Origin: Rhodosorus marinus CCMP1338
Taxonomy: Eukaryota; Plantae; Rhodophyta
DNA length: 64,000 nucleotides
Assembly (NCBI GenBank): GCA_029953675.1
Contig: JAMWBK010000003.1
Coordinates: 744,001 to 808,000, forward strand
Reading direction: 5' to 3'
Shown: in pieces, positions 36,734-49,542 of the stretch
Layout of the letters: every line of letters starts with the position of its first letter
Position numbering within the stretch: the stretch's first letter is position 1
Made by a program: the position numbers and the translations under genes
The notes under the pieces: generated by a model
Databases searched by the model: none
What the model was told of the DNA's origin: nothing
What the model saw: the letters and a program-made list of their open reading frames with translations, nothing else

Positions 36734-37730
36734 TCAAGAAGACGTTTGCCATAGAAAATCGAAGGGGGGAGTGGGGGGGGGCGGTTGTGGATGCCTTCAG
36801 AATTTTTTCTATGCCGGCCCTCCTTTACATTTCCCGCTCGGCCTGCACCATCCCGTTGTCAAAGACTATACGCAAAAAGCGTCTTCCGGAACCTGAAGTC
36901 CTGACCTCTCATCACTTCAGGGTATGGTTCAGAAAAAGAACTCCGGGATCTATGTGATGAGCTCTCTAGTACCCTTTTCAAGGAGTTCTAGGCTACATCA
37001 ACTATCGATAGAGTGCAGCCTCACCCAAGTAGCTTAAGCACTCCTCTCATTTGAGTCCAAGATCAAGCCACAGCTGCAGATCGTCGACATCCGACATCCA
37101 CAGATATACGGTTAAAATATTTTCATGAACACATCTTTTTTAATATATTTACGTAAATATAAAGCTATAGGCTTTTTATTCATCTTAATACAATAAATAT
37201 AATTTGTAAAAACAAAGTAATTATGGTTAGGCTTTTTTATTTTGCGTTATGAATATTTTATTCATGAATAATAAATATTATATTTCGTTTGAGCTTTTCT
37301 TCCTTGTTTGGAGGAGATTGTCTCGCTGAAACCCGCTTAATGGTTTCGAACAGCCGCCATAAGTTGCACGACTTTCGGTATAGCAGTTGGGTTTCTTGGT
37401 CTGGTTGTTTGCTCAACAAGCTTTCCCGTCCGGAGAAATGCATTGCCAAGTGGCACTGGTGGATGAGGCTTCAATCTGTTGACTCGCGTGTGGCTTGGCA
37501 ATGTCCTGGGGCGCCATGTCATGTTGAAGAACCGCTTCCCATTGCGAGGTTTTCTGTTGAAGTTGCGATCGTATTATCGGTCTGGGCGCAAGCAGCCAAA
37601 GCATTTAGTATTGAATTCGATTGACAGCAGGAATAGTATCGATTGTACTTGGGAAAAGCTTCTACTTGGTTTAGTTCAGGCTCTCAGTACAATGTCTATG
37701 GTAACTTTTCGCAAAGCACCTGCGATGGCT

Positions 37731-38222
37731 TCAGATCTTCTCCATCACTGTCGCCGCGCGGTCGTAAGCAGAGCGGCCAACATTTACGCAAACGAAGAGG
37801 CACAGTGCTGGCACCGAGCTCATTACAATGAAAGATCCGAGGCATATCAGTCCAACACCTGCAGCCCCCAGGACAGCACAGAGTCCAAGGCTCAGGGTAA
37901 CGATCAAGGTCAACAGCACAAATCCAGCAAAGCTCAGTACGGCTCCAACAAGCACAGATCCAACAAACACAATGTACGCTGAGATACAAACGAGAACGTA
38001 GAACATTGCAAACGATTTAAAATCGTCAAAGACACTGGCAACCCCTTTCTTCGGAAGCTCGTCAATGAACGTCACAACGTTGTTCATCCCATCCTGACCA
38101 GCCTTTACCACAGCACCCTTCACCTGTTCAATGTCTAGGGACGCGACCGAGACCGTTTCAGGGGTCGAAGTCTCTCCGTTTCCATCCGTGACTTTCACCG
38201 CGGGAGCTACTGCCTCAACCAT
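37731..38222 (-). CDS. Small protein (163 aa) with one ~75-aa uninterrupted hydrophobic segment; promethin/LDAF1-like hairpin candidate
   Basis: MVEAVAPAVKV...FAMFYVLVCISAYIVFVGSVLVGAVLSFAGFVLLTLIVTLSLGLCAVLGAAGVGLICLGSFIVMSSVPALCLFVCVNVG; intronless; UTR-like skew upstream. Confidence 0.6.
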   Translation of the reverse strand: MVEAVAPAVKVTDGNGETSTPETVSVASLDIEQVKGAVVKAGQDGMNNVVTFIDELPKKGVASVFDDFKSFAMFYVLVCISAYIVFVGSVLVGAVLSFAGFVLLTLIVTLSLGLCAVLGAAGVGLICLGSFIVMSSVPALCLFVCVNVGRSAYDRAATVMEKI

Positions 38223-38330
38223 CTCCCTCCAATCGCAATAGCAAAACGAAAAAGAATACTCAAATAAAGAACAGAAAAAAAAAGAAAAAAAAGGCAAAGA
38301 AAGGAATTCCAAATCAGTCAACGGCTCTAT

Positions 38331-38360
38331 CTCTCAAAATCTCTCAAAATCTCTCAAAAT
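38331..38360. repeat. Three tandem copies of CTCTCAAAAT
   Basis: Direct reading. Confidence 0.9.
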
Positions 38361-39496
38361 CTCACAGATACCCTTCCGACGTAACAACAAATCAACAGAG
38401 ACAGGTAGACCCAACACCCCGACTCTTCCCGTCAACGCTCCTAATAGTCTCAACACAAGCAGACGCACCTAGCGAATGCCGGATTCCGTTAAAACCGGTA
38501 ATCTAAATACGCCACAAGAATTCTACCCGACCCCTAGTTGAAATCCATATCAATATAAACTGACCAAATCTAAACCCCCCTTTCCAATATAATTGCAAAC
38601 TGAACAAAAACAAAACTATAAATTTTATTGCCTGTTTAGACTGTTTTAAGTACCCCTGAGGTGCTGCTATTTAGATTACGAAGGAGTAGCGACTGACGCG
38701 TGTTGTAACTCCTAAGCTTGGGAATGTCAGTAGATTCTATTCCATGACAAATCTAGGTCACCGGGTGAGGAATCAGCGCCATGAGGCGTTTTTGGGAGTG
38801 TACTCCTGGATCCATAATTCTAATTTTAGAGTATGTCGTAGCGGACTAAAAATATGAAAAAAATGGTCATATTAATTCAGGAGCTACGTATATTTGGAAT
38901 ATATCTAGCTTTTTTTAGTTTGTTGGGACAGCCGGACGGGAGTTTACGGCTTTGTTGAGCGAGACGTAAAGATATGGCGGTTTGATTCTATTCGTGCTGC
39001 TTCGATCCTTTGCAAGTATTGCTATGGTTGAAGGTGGTTGGTGAATCCTACCCACCCCGGCCAATACGCTTGAAAGGACTCCCGATGAAAGACGCCTGGA
39101 ACACTGATCAAATGTGCCGATAGGGCATCAAGTGAGGTAAGCACGAACAGGCCTTGATTTACTTTTCCAGAAATTTACCAGGAGCAGGAAAAAAGCAATA
39201 AGGCAGGCTTCTGTCAAAAACGTCATCAATGGCAGAGACTGTTCGATATCCTCTACCAGGATCCGCCCCCTGTCCTTCACCAGGAGACCCAGCCACAGCT
39301 AAGCTAGCTCAACGAGCTCTACCGATATCCGTGGTGATGGTGACAGGAATACCTCCTGTGTAGGCCCTTAAAATGTTCGGCATGCCCACCACTAGCTTGT
39401 GGGATGACAGGCAAAGATAGCAAGTCTTGCCTCGATCTCCTCAGGTCGGCTCTTCCCGCTCACTTTCCCGCCGCAGTTGGTTTAGCTTTCTGTTGG

Positions 39497-40550
39497 TTAG
39501 TTGCATTTTTCATCGAGTACGTTCACAGCTTCAACTTCCGCTGCTAGAGCGTCTCCAGGGTTAACAGGCGTATCCTCTTCCTCCTGTTCAGGTACTTCCC
39601 GCACCCCGTCAGCTGCGGCGTTGTTTTCAGAGCCAGTCGCATCCGTCTCCTTTGAGCTTTGATCTGCTTCCTCAGCTTGCAAAGCATTTACTGAGCTCCC
39701 CTGCTCGCCTTCTTCCTCTTTTTTCTTAATTAATTCTGGGTGGATGTTGGAAATGTTGAGATAGGCCTCCACGAGCTCTTCAGTGGTGGCTTGCTCCCCA
39801 ACCAGATCCACCAGGTGCTGGCGGAACCTGGTGACGTGAGCTGGGTAGGCCTCGTAGAACTTGTTCATATTTACACGGAGCGTATCTTCAATGAATCCCC
39901 TGGTGGTTTTGGAATGCCGAATACCCAACAAGCGACTATGTCAGATTCAATTCCGCTGAGGGGGCGGGAGGTTATGGGGGAAACATACGATACGAAAGGC
40001 AAATTCACCTCTGTTTTCCCTTTGACGACGTGCACACACTTCTCAGGGTTCTCCGGGTGTTCAAGAAGGCTCAGAGTTCCAGTTGTTTTGATGCTCTCTG
40101 TTAAGAAGGTCGGCGTTACTTTGTAGTCCAGTCTATACTTATCCACGTCCCGATTCCAAGACTGTTCATCCAAAACCTCCAGTATAGTCTCTCCCAAAAG
40201 CGCCCGAACAATGTCCGGAATCTCAACCGTTCGTGGTATGTATGCACACTTCAGGTGAACGGATCCATCCGGATCGTCCCATTCCGCTTCTGCGTCCATT
40301 TTGTACAGTGCTTTGTCCTCTACTAAGAAATCAAAGAAGGCTTTCGTCGCCTTGACCTTGTCAAATGTAAAGAGAGAACCCAAGACCGAACAATCCGCCT
40401 CTCAGAAACCAGACCCAAACGCAAACTTCAATCACACCAAACACAAAGGGAAAAGTGTGGCAAAAAAATAGTTTTCCAAGGAGTCCTCACCTTCCAGTAG
40501 GACTCGCGGTCAAAGTCCAATTCACATACAACCTCGAATTCCAGCACCAT
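39497..40550 (-). CDS. START/SRPBCC-fold (DUF2505-like) protein with acidic tail, 3 exons
   Basis: MVLEFEVVCELDFDRESYWK|...IPDIVRALLG...YKVTPTFLTESIKTTGTLSL...VKGKTEVNLPFV|...FIEDTLRVNMNKFY resembles the DUF2505 pattern. Confidence 0.62.
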
Positions 40551-40809
40551 CGTTTCTGCTTCCCCCTCAACAACAAAAACAAGCAAAACCGAAGCTAAGG
40601 AAACAATCTACTTTTCCTACAAATACAAAGCGTCAAAACTCCAGAAGAGTTCTAAACGCTACAATAAAAAGCAGATTTCTAAGTTCAACTAGTAATCAAA
40701 TATGCTTTGCTGAAACACTTTACTCCAGCATCCGTTCCATTCTTCTCCTGATCCACATAGTGAAGACCCACTCCCTACTTATACATCTTCCCCCTCACAA
40801 TGAAGATTT

Positions 40810-41800
40810 TGCTCACCGTCCACCGCACACAGCTTTTCGAGCTGTATTCAGCGGCAGTCCGGGACATTGTTCGACTGGGTCCGGTTTAAGAGAATGGACT
40901 GAGGAGAAGGTTCGCTGTTTGGTTATGCGTAGCTACACATGACTCTTCCTCGTCATCTTCGCCAGCCAGTGGTCACGACAAACCTCCATCTAGCATAGAT
41001 TTTTTTGCTGTCTGCACGGCGTTAGTCCGGGACACTGTTTGACTGGGTCCTGTTTAAGAGAATGGACTGAGGAGAAGTTTCGCTTTTTGGTTATGCGTAG
41101 CTACATGACTGTTCCTCGTCATCTTCACCAGCCAGTGGTCACGACAAACCTCCATCCCGCATAGGTTCTTTTGCTGTCTGCTCGGCGATATTCCGCGATG
41201 CTGTTCGACTGGGTCCTGTTTAAGAGAATGAACTCGGGAGAACGTTCTCTGTTTGGTTATGCGTAGCTACATGACTCTTTCCTCTTCACCAGCCAGTGGT
41301 CACGACAAACCTCCACACTGCATAGATTCTTTTGCTGATTGCTATCTGCTTTAGTCTGGGACTCTGTTCGGCTGGGGTCCTGTATAAGACAAGAAACTGA
41401 GCAGAAGGTTCGCTGTTTGGTTGTGCATAGCTACATGACTCTTCCTCGCCATCTTCACCAGCCAGTGGTCACGACAAACCTCCACCGCACATAGCTACTC
41501 GAGCTTGTATTCACTGGCGAGCAGTCCGAGTCAGTGTTCGACTGGGCCTGTTTAAGACAATAAACTGAGGAGAAGGTTCGCTGTTTGGTTAGGCGTAGCT
41601 ACAAATGACTCTTCCTCGCCATCTTCACCAGCCAGTGGTCATGACAAACCTCCGTCCTGCATAGATTCTTTTACTGCCTTCTCGGCGTTAGTCCGGGACA
41701 CTGTTCGACTGGGGTCCTGTTTAAGACATTGAACTGCGGAGAAGTTTCGTAGCTACGCATGACCACTCTTCACCTGCATGTAGCCAGATAAACCTTCATC
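40810..41800. repeat. Tandem satellite of ~6 units of 161-170 bp
   Basis: GGTCACGACAAACCTCC-like motif at 40971, 41137, 41298, 41467 and 41637; sixth unit truncated. Confidence 0.93.
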
Positions 41801-42585
41801 GTATGGTGGGTACGTTGTTCTACTGCTTGTCCGCGAAATCCCGGGCCCGGGATCAACAGTCCAAGTATGATTCGGAAGAAAGAAAAGGATCCGTGCGGTT
41901 GTCGCTTTTTTGGAGTGTTGTGTAGACTACGGATGATCGTTCTACTCCACCTTCATTCTGAGGTAGCTGTACAAAACCTCCGAGTACACAGCGTTCTGTT
42001 TCTATAGTTAGTGCCCCAGACTCTCATACGTCCCCATTTTCCAAAGCAGCAAAAGCGCCCGGAAGGCTTTCCCATCCGATCAGAGAGTTGACAACCGTAC
42101 GAGTCCAAGGAGACTTTTCCCGCGACGCGCGCTGAGCTTTTATAGCTCTTGCTGCTTTCGGATAGGCACAGTGCTCGGGAACAGCACAAGCACATACGCA
42201 GAAGCATGTCCACGCTCCTTTCTAAAAGCCAAGCGTCCGTGGTGTAATTCAATGAACATTGCCACAGGCTTTTCCTTTTAATTGCTTCAACCTTCCTCTG
42301 GCGTTCGAGGAACACGCTGATATTCAATCGAATTCCTCGAATTCCTCTGTTTCTCCTACCTTGAACAAGCTGGCCAGTGTATCGACCCTCGTGCTCATCT
42401 ACTTCTAGGAGCTTTGCATTTTGTACTCTCCATTCATGCTACCTTCGCAATCCTCTAAAGGATACTGCAAGGGTCAAGATGGCATGCTCAACAACAGGAG
42501 CCGACGCTCATAGGCAAGAGAGAAGCGTTCTGAAAGCCGCAGCAGCCCTCTTGAGATCTTCTAGAAAAGCAGGCTTCTGTCCTTC

Positions 42586-44214
42586 TTACTCCGGTGCGCG
42601 GTAATAGCGCGCTTCGACAAACGGCATCTTCACAACCGTGGCCTTGTTCATGCGCCCCCTCACGTTCACCTGAACATCGGTTCCGACCTTGTTGAATGGT
42701 TTGTTGAGATAAGCCATGCAGATGGGCTTCATCAGCGTGGGGCTGTATGTGCCACTAGATATCGTTCCAATCAGATTCATGTCCAAGTCAAAGACCCTCT
42801 CACCACCTCTGTTGCATAAACGCACAAAGCATACGGGAGAGAACGAAAACACAGCTTGTAGTGAGCTTTCAACTTTAAAGTGTAGGGAAGCAACTAAGCT
42901 CGATGGAACGAACCTCGCCGGGGCGCCGGTGATGACAAGTCCACACCGTTTCCGGTCGGTTAATGTCTTATCCGCGATCTGTGAGAGTATGATTTTGTCT
43001 CCGAGGAAGCCTCCAGATGCTCTTCTCGACTTGGCCACCACGAAGTTGATGTTCGCCTCGACCGGAGTGGTCGTCTCGTCGATGTCCGATCCATAGAGAC
43101 AAAGACCAGCTTCTAAGCGAAGAGAATCTCTGGGTCCCAATCCAGCAGGACGAACCCGCTCATCCGCAAGCATCCCGGCGAAGAATTCCTTTGCGTTCTC
43201 GCCTGGTACAGATATTTCAAAGCCGTCCTAGATATTGTAAGCAATCCAAGTTGGGTTCAGAAGATAAGCCTCTGAAGAACTCTTTGGTAGGTTTGATGTG
43301 CTCCGTACTTCACCAGTATAGCCGCAACGGGTCACGTGGCATGGGATGCCCATGACATTGGCTGGTTGTGCTGTCATGAAGTTCATCTTGACGAGATCAA
43401 GGTCCTTGGCGTCGACCATCCCGCTCAGAACTTCCATCGCCTTCGGACCCTGCAGAGCCAAAAGTTCGTGGTCGTTAATGATCTCCAGGTCGACATCCAT
43501 GCCGTTCTTCTTGGCGACTTCCAAGTGTTCTTTGATGTGCTCGATGTCTTTGTCCTTGCATCCGGCATTGATGACAAGTCCGCTGGGGGGGTTGCAATGC
43601 ACAAGACAAGGCGATTGAAAATTCAGAGAGCTGATATCTTTTCAGATATTGTCTGAGTAGGACCTTAGAAACTTACACTTCATCTCCAAGGTTTGTAATG
43701 ATCGTATCATCAATGATCGTGCCCTTCTCAGTGGTGAAGACGGAGAGGTTCGCAAGTCCTAATGGCGTATTTCCAACGTCAGCGGTAACGAGCTTTTCAA
43801 TAAATTCCACACGATCCTTTCCGCGAAGTCTGGTAGGGGTGCGATCCCGATCCCGCAACAAAAAGCAGACGAGAATAAGAGAACGCGACACCCAATTGAC
43901 GGATATCATCTGGACATGAAGAATACAACAGTACGCAAAAAAAAAAGGCAGACAAGACCGCACCTGATCTGACCCATATGGGACACATCGAACAAGCCTG
44001 CAGATGCGCGAACCCACAAGTGGCTGTCCTTAATCCCATCTGGATACTGGATCGGCATCTCATAACCTGCAAACTCCGCCATTTTTGCCTGAAGCTCCTT
44101 ATGGGCGTCGTACAAAACGGTCCGCTTCAATGCAGCAGTTGCCATCCCGCACTTCCCGATGCCACCACTCCCAGACTGAGCAGCCCGAACCAACTGAACC
44201 CCGCTTCGAATCAT
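42586..44214 (-). CDS. AMT: Glycine cleavage system T protein (aminomethyltransferase), mitochondrial, multi-exon
   Basis: LKRTVLYDAH, FAGYEMPIQY, GLFDVSHMGQ, GTIIDDTII, LALQGPKA, VTRCGYTGE, GLGPRDSLRLEAGLCLYG, KMPFVEARYY. Confidence 0.97.
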
Positions 44215-45943
44215 CGCTTCTTTCCTCAAACTCTTCAAGCCTACCTAACACCTACCCCCCAAAAACAGCAACAGAAACAAGCACACACACCCAGAGTTTT
44301 TGCAAAACACTATCCAATACCTTTGCTAAACAGGATCCACTATTCTCTTTCACCCTCACTGTTCTCAGTCGACACTGATCACCACCGTCTCAAGCCTTGT
44401 CCTCAACCAGGTAGCCCATAGCCAATCACTTCCTATCTCCTCCACCGAACCTCACCAAAACTAAATAACGCAGGACTTCTTTTTGCGTCATCAAGTACAA
44501 TATCTGTCTCCTCAATATATTCAATATATTTAAAATTTATACAATATATGTACCAATTACAAGAAATATTTAGAAAGTATTATTATAAACATATCGTAGG
44601 CTGAGAGTGACAGTAAACCATTGCAACCGTATTTTCTGTGTAAATATAACTATAAAAAAGGAAATATGGTTTGCAATGCTCGCATCCACAGATAGATGGA
44701 GTCCATCACGTCCAATGAGAATTTGAGAGGCTCATATTGTTTTGTCTTTTTTTGGATCGGTTGGAGTGCTTTTTGGGGTTAGCAATCTAATTTCTTTCTT
44801 GAGACAAGAAGTAGATAAGGGGTTGATTTCGAAGGGTTTTTAGTAAGTATGGATATCTGTCGTAATCCACGTTAACGTATATAAGGAATAAAAGAGATTA
44901 TTTAGTAAACTATTTTACTTTTTTTAGATACTTATATAGTAAAATTATATATATACGGTTTGGATGATGGTGACAGGCAAATGCCTTCAGAAAAATATGT
45001 AGATCTCATTTTACTGTGTTTTTGCATACCCTCCTCCACCTTGTTGTATGTGTTCAGATTGAAATTCGCTGACATCGCGACGTCTGCGGAAATAGGCTTA
45101 AAATAGTTTAAAAAGATGATTATTTAGAAAGTTATCTGAACGACTAAGAGGGGGATATATATTACTCTCGTACGAGATTGGACTTTTGCAAGGGGGGTAT
45201 GGATCGTATTTGCTGAATTGCGCGGGCTTTCTAGTCTGCTAGTGGAAAGGGTTTCTGTGCAATTCGTTACGCAGTGGGTGACAACTGGATTTCAGCGCTG
45301 GACTGTGGTGGCATTGGTTCGGGTTATGTGATCGGTAACCGTTAGAGAAGTTTATGGCGGCGGCAGTGTGGATTCGTGGGTGAAATCAGTGAAATTCTTC
45401 CTCTCCTATCGATGGGTTCTATTTTGCTTTTGGGGGGGGGGGGTGGGGGAGGGCAGCTTCTCTGTTGTTCTTGCGCTAAGCTATTAGACCCATTCAGTTG
45501 CACAGTGGAGGCAAACGTCTGAATGAATTGGTACTCTGATCCCGTCGCTGAACGACAATTGAGATCGTGGGAATGCTCCTCGCCTTTTGTCCGCTGGGTG
45601 CTGTGCGGGATCACCATGTTGGGCCCTTACATCAAGGCTGTTCTGGATGCGTTTCCCTCTGACCTGCACTTGGGCGCGGGCCATGAAGTCGGCCGATTCC
45701 TGTCAAGGCCTTTCAGGTTGTGAAGATAACACCGTTTTCTGACCAGGTCCATTGGCGTGATAATCAGTCTCACGATCAGAGATGACGGTGCGCAAAATAT
45801 GAATCGATATGTTTGAGATATGGCATTCTGGATTGAAGGTCACGTTCATTCTAGAGTACCGGTATCCACAGTGAGTTTATTTTCAGAGAACGGACGATAG
45901 CAGATTCGACACTTCCATTTCGTAGGAAGTGTGTATGAACTTG

Positions 45944-46802
45944 TTAGCGGTTATATTCACGAATAACAATCAAAGCGAAAACAAAATCATAGAGAGAGTG
46001 TGTTAAGATCGGAACGACTACATTGTTGGAGGAGAGCAGGAACTCCCACCCGAAGAGAACTCCGGCAAGGCCACTTAGAACCGCATAGGCGGGACTAGCA
46101 AAATGTGTGAGCCCGAACAGCAGGCTTGAGATTGCTAGCCCAATCGATTCGCTGTTTGTTAAATAGTTAACGGTGTCCTGAGGGAGAAAAAGAAGACATC
46201 ACAAGTAAGGCGTTTGGCTGCACTTGCTCTTCTCTTTGCAACTTGATCGCCACGCAGAGGGCGGAGGGGGAGCCTACCAAAATGATATTTCTGAAGAGCA
46301 GTTCTTCGCCTATCCCAGCAGCAGATGCAAAGAGAAACAGCTCGAAGATACTACTGTTGCCTAGCAGTTCATCGACTACTTGCCTAGTCAGCTTGGTCAG
46401 ATCTTGAAAAAATGGCAGAGGGACTTTCGACAGCCCGAATCCCATGATCAGCAACGGCACGGTGAACGCTAGTCCGGTAGCTCCCGCATTCACGTCCAGC
46501 GATATCTGGCTGAACCAGGAAGTATGTCCAGCTAGAGAGGGGGGGAGAATTAGCACCGCCGCTCCCAAGCTCAGCTCCCCAGCACAAAGCGCCGCCAAAA
46601 CCAGGTCAAACCTTTTCGGAAACAGCGGCAACTGCACCTCTGGCTTCTGTGCGCCATTATCCGAGGTCTGCTGATGCGCCTCGGACATCATCACGCGACC
46701 CTGTCTCAACGGACATCGTCGCGCTAACCCATTCCCCCGCGCTCCCCTCACAGCAGGCGCCAACCCAACAAACCCACTCTCAACACTTCCAAAGCCTAAC
46801 AT
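45944..46802 (-). CDS. CPBP/Abi family intramembrane glutamic endopeptidase, plastid-targeted, 2 exons
   Basis: Transit peptide MLGFGSVESGFVG; AGIGEELLFR|...LLFGLTH...ILTHSLYDF motifs. Confidence 0.88.
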
Positions 46803-48386
46803 CGCTCTCCACACCACCTCCTAAACAAACAACACTGGGGCTTCAAATCCCCTCCAAATCCACCAACCAAACAAACAAAACCTGAAGAAGAAGAAAATGA
46901 GAACGAGATCTACTCTCCTCCTTCACGACGAAAAGGAAAGTGCAAGGTAAAAACAAAACGTCAGAGTCTTGTCATCTCGAGCCAAAACCGACCTACCTAC
47001 GTCTCCAACAAAAAACAACAAAAAAAGCGGAAAACGAAATGGTGTGAGATTCCCCCCCCCCCCTGCGATAAACAAAAAGTGGGGAAGAGCTTCTTATGTG
47101 ATGATTAGCTTTTTACCGTAAAGAGGAAGGAAGAAGAAGGACGAAGAAGAACAGATTGACGAAATCCTCCAAAACCCCTCAAAAGTCGCGGATCAAAATC
47201 AGAACAAATTTAAATAGATAAATAGATTGGGAAACCCCGCCATGCATCAAAATTTCTCGTGTTTTCACGCTATAAATGTCCACATGTAAAATATTCATCA
47301 ATTGAGAGTCTTGTTTTCTTTGGCGGGGTTTCTTCAGGGGGGGTTGGTGGTGGTGGGGTGGGAAGGAAGTCGATCGATGGGAGTGCTTTTGGGGTGATTG
47401 GGGATGGAAAGATGGGATGGGTTTGGATGGGATCGGCGTCTGGTTGAGTACGGAATTGTAGTTTTCATGTAGGAGAGAAGGGGTCAGGAGCAACTTTAGC
47501 ATTTTGACGTGAGACAGGACACACGAGGCTCGCTAGGTTTTTTTTTTTTTTAGTTTTGAATTGTTTGTTTCTGACACGATCTGTGTTCCACGGAGAGGGA
47601 GGAGAGCTGTGCGTGAAGGAGATTCGGTGATGACGACGTTATGGGCGGGCAATCTTCGTCGAGTCTCGTACGCTAGTGTTAAGTTTTTCCAAAGGAACGC
47701 GGAAGGAAAGGCGTTGTTTTGGGTTTGCGGAAGACGATGCGTTGGTATGAACAGTTTCAGGGATGCTTTCTCCCTGAGCAGCCGGGCTCATTGAAGAGGA
47801 GCGATTTGTGAGGCTATAGTCTGGTCGTAAGGAGCGAGTAGTTCTCTCCTTCTCTTCCCATAGCTCGGTGTAGTTCGTGCGTGCATTGGTTGGCTACCGC
47901 ACGCCAGCCCTCGTGGCGGGAACCGCCGAGTTCATTTACTGCACAGCTTTCATGTAGGTCGAACCCGTGCATTGACGCCGTCGCTAGGACTGGTGTCTTG
48001 ACACTCGGGCGGCGGGCTATCGAAACATCCATGGTCCACAGTCCTGCCAGGCCAGTTGCCGTCACAACACCGTGGTCAGCTTTCCTTCCTACCAAGAGTG
48101 CAGGACCATTCCTGAACGCTCCACAGGCTTCTTCGAGACAAGGAGAGAACCCACAACCTTTCGTGAACGGCAGTCACTTCTTCGCATTCTTTAATTACAC
48201 GAACACTCATCAAGCTTCAAGCTGAAATTGTTCGTCCATCAACGCGGACGGTTGCGGAGCAATGGAGTCTCTTTCTCTTTTTCTGTTCCACAGCAAGCGT
48301 ACGCTACTAAAATACAAGGCGACGCACGGCGATCAAAGCGCCCCATCGGAAAGGCGGCGACCGAGCATCTCCACAGGGTTACAAAA

Positions 48387-49542
48387 TCAGTTCATTTGTG
48401 CTACAAGCTCGTTGATGTCTTCACCGCGACTCCCGTATTCGCCTCCCTTGGCGAAGTTCTTCAACTTCTTCTCCCTCGTGAAGCCCTTCTTCGGAGCTCC
48501 CAACTGAAACGGGCACAGAAACTCTGATACTCTGTCAAAGTTTTCATCTACAGACGCCAGCACGTGCACAAGGTCCTCGGTCTAGAAACACACGGGAAGC
48601 ACGTCGTTAGCGCTTCTCAAAGTGGATGCTACGTTCCAAGCCGCAATCGGCGAAGCAACCTCCTGTAGCACTTGTGAAACTAGAAGAACAAACAGCCCAG
48701 ACTAGAACGCCGAGACAACCTCGCCCACGGGAGCTCAGTTCGCAAAAGTTCGCCTCGACTGGTTTGGATGGCCGGTGGAGAAGATAAAGCTTACACATAT
48801 GATACCACAGTCACCCAACTTCTCTTCGATAATTGTATTGTCACTCAACGGCCTCTTCACCTTGTCAACCCGTGTGTATCCGCGCTTATGTACAAGGTCT
48901 TTGATCAATTTAAGGTTTGGGCTGCCCCAGGTCACGTATTCCTCGATCTGAGTTGAACAAAATACCACGAACAGATTTCAGAACAAGACAATCGAGTGTC
49001 GAATCTTCAATGCGGGTTGCGTGGGAACCACATACTGTTTTGAGCTTCTTGAGGTTGTCCTTGTTGTGTCGAATGAGTCTCGCGCTGAAAAGCTTGTTCA
49101 GGGAGAATTTCTTAAGCGTCTTTGCGTAGATGCTCGGAATTTCGTCCTTTTTACCAGCCCTTATGCGAATAACAAGGAGGACCTTGTCCGCTGGAGCTAT
49201 GGTAATTCGTTTGGAACTATCGGCTCGTTTCCCCTGGATGACGCTCTTCGCTCGTCGTGTCGATCGCTCCTTGTTCCTAAACTCTGTTACGAACTTCTCG
49301 GCTCGCTTCACAGAGGTCTCGAGCTTACTCTTCGTCTTATTGCTCCTCTTCTTCTTCGAATTCAAAGCAGCGGCAAAGCTGGCAGCCCTCTTCCGTTTCA
49401 GAACAGTCTCCGGCACCCGTAGGGCGCTAAAAACCCACACCGCAACAGAAAGCGTGATAATTAATCGTCAAAAACATCCCAGGAGGAAGCAATAACAAAG
49501 ATAAGGTCGTCCAGCTTACCTCTTCAAGTCCATTTCCGACAT
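48387..49542 (-). CDS. RLP7: uL30-family ribosome biogenesis factor, RLP7/RPL7L1-like, 4 exons
   Basis: VPETVLKRKR, VLLVIRIR, IEEYVTWGSPNLKLIKDLVHKRG, LSDNTIIEEKLG, GGEYGSRGEDINELVAQMN; clearly diverged from canonical RPL7. Confidence 0.8.

Noticed and set aside
40810-41800. Myb-repeat coding sequence in the 166-bp satellite
   Set aside because: Unit lengths are mostly not multiples of three and all frames contain stops
47600-47640. U3 snoRNA (GCGTGAAG and GTGATGA resembling boxes B and C)
   Set aside because: Spacing is wrong, and boxes A, A' and C' are absent
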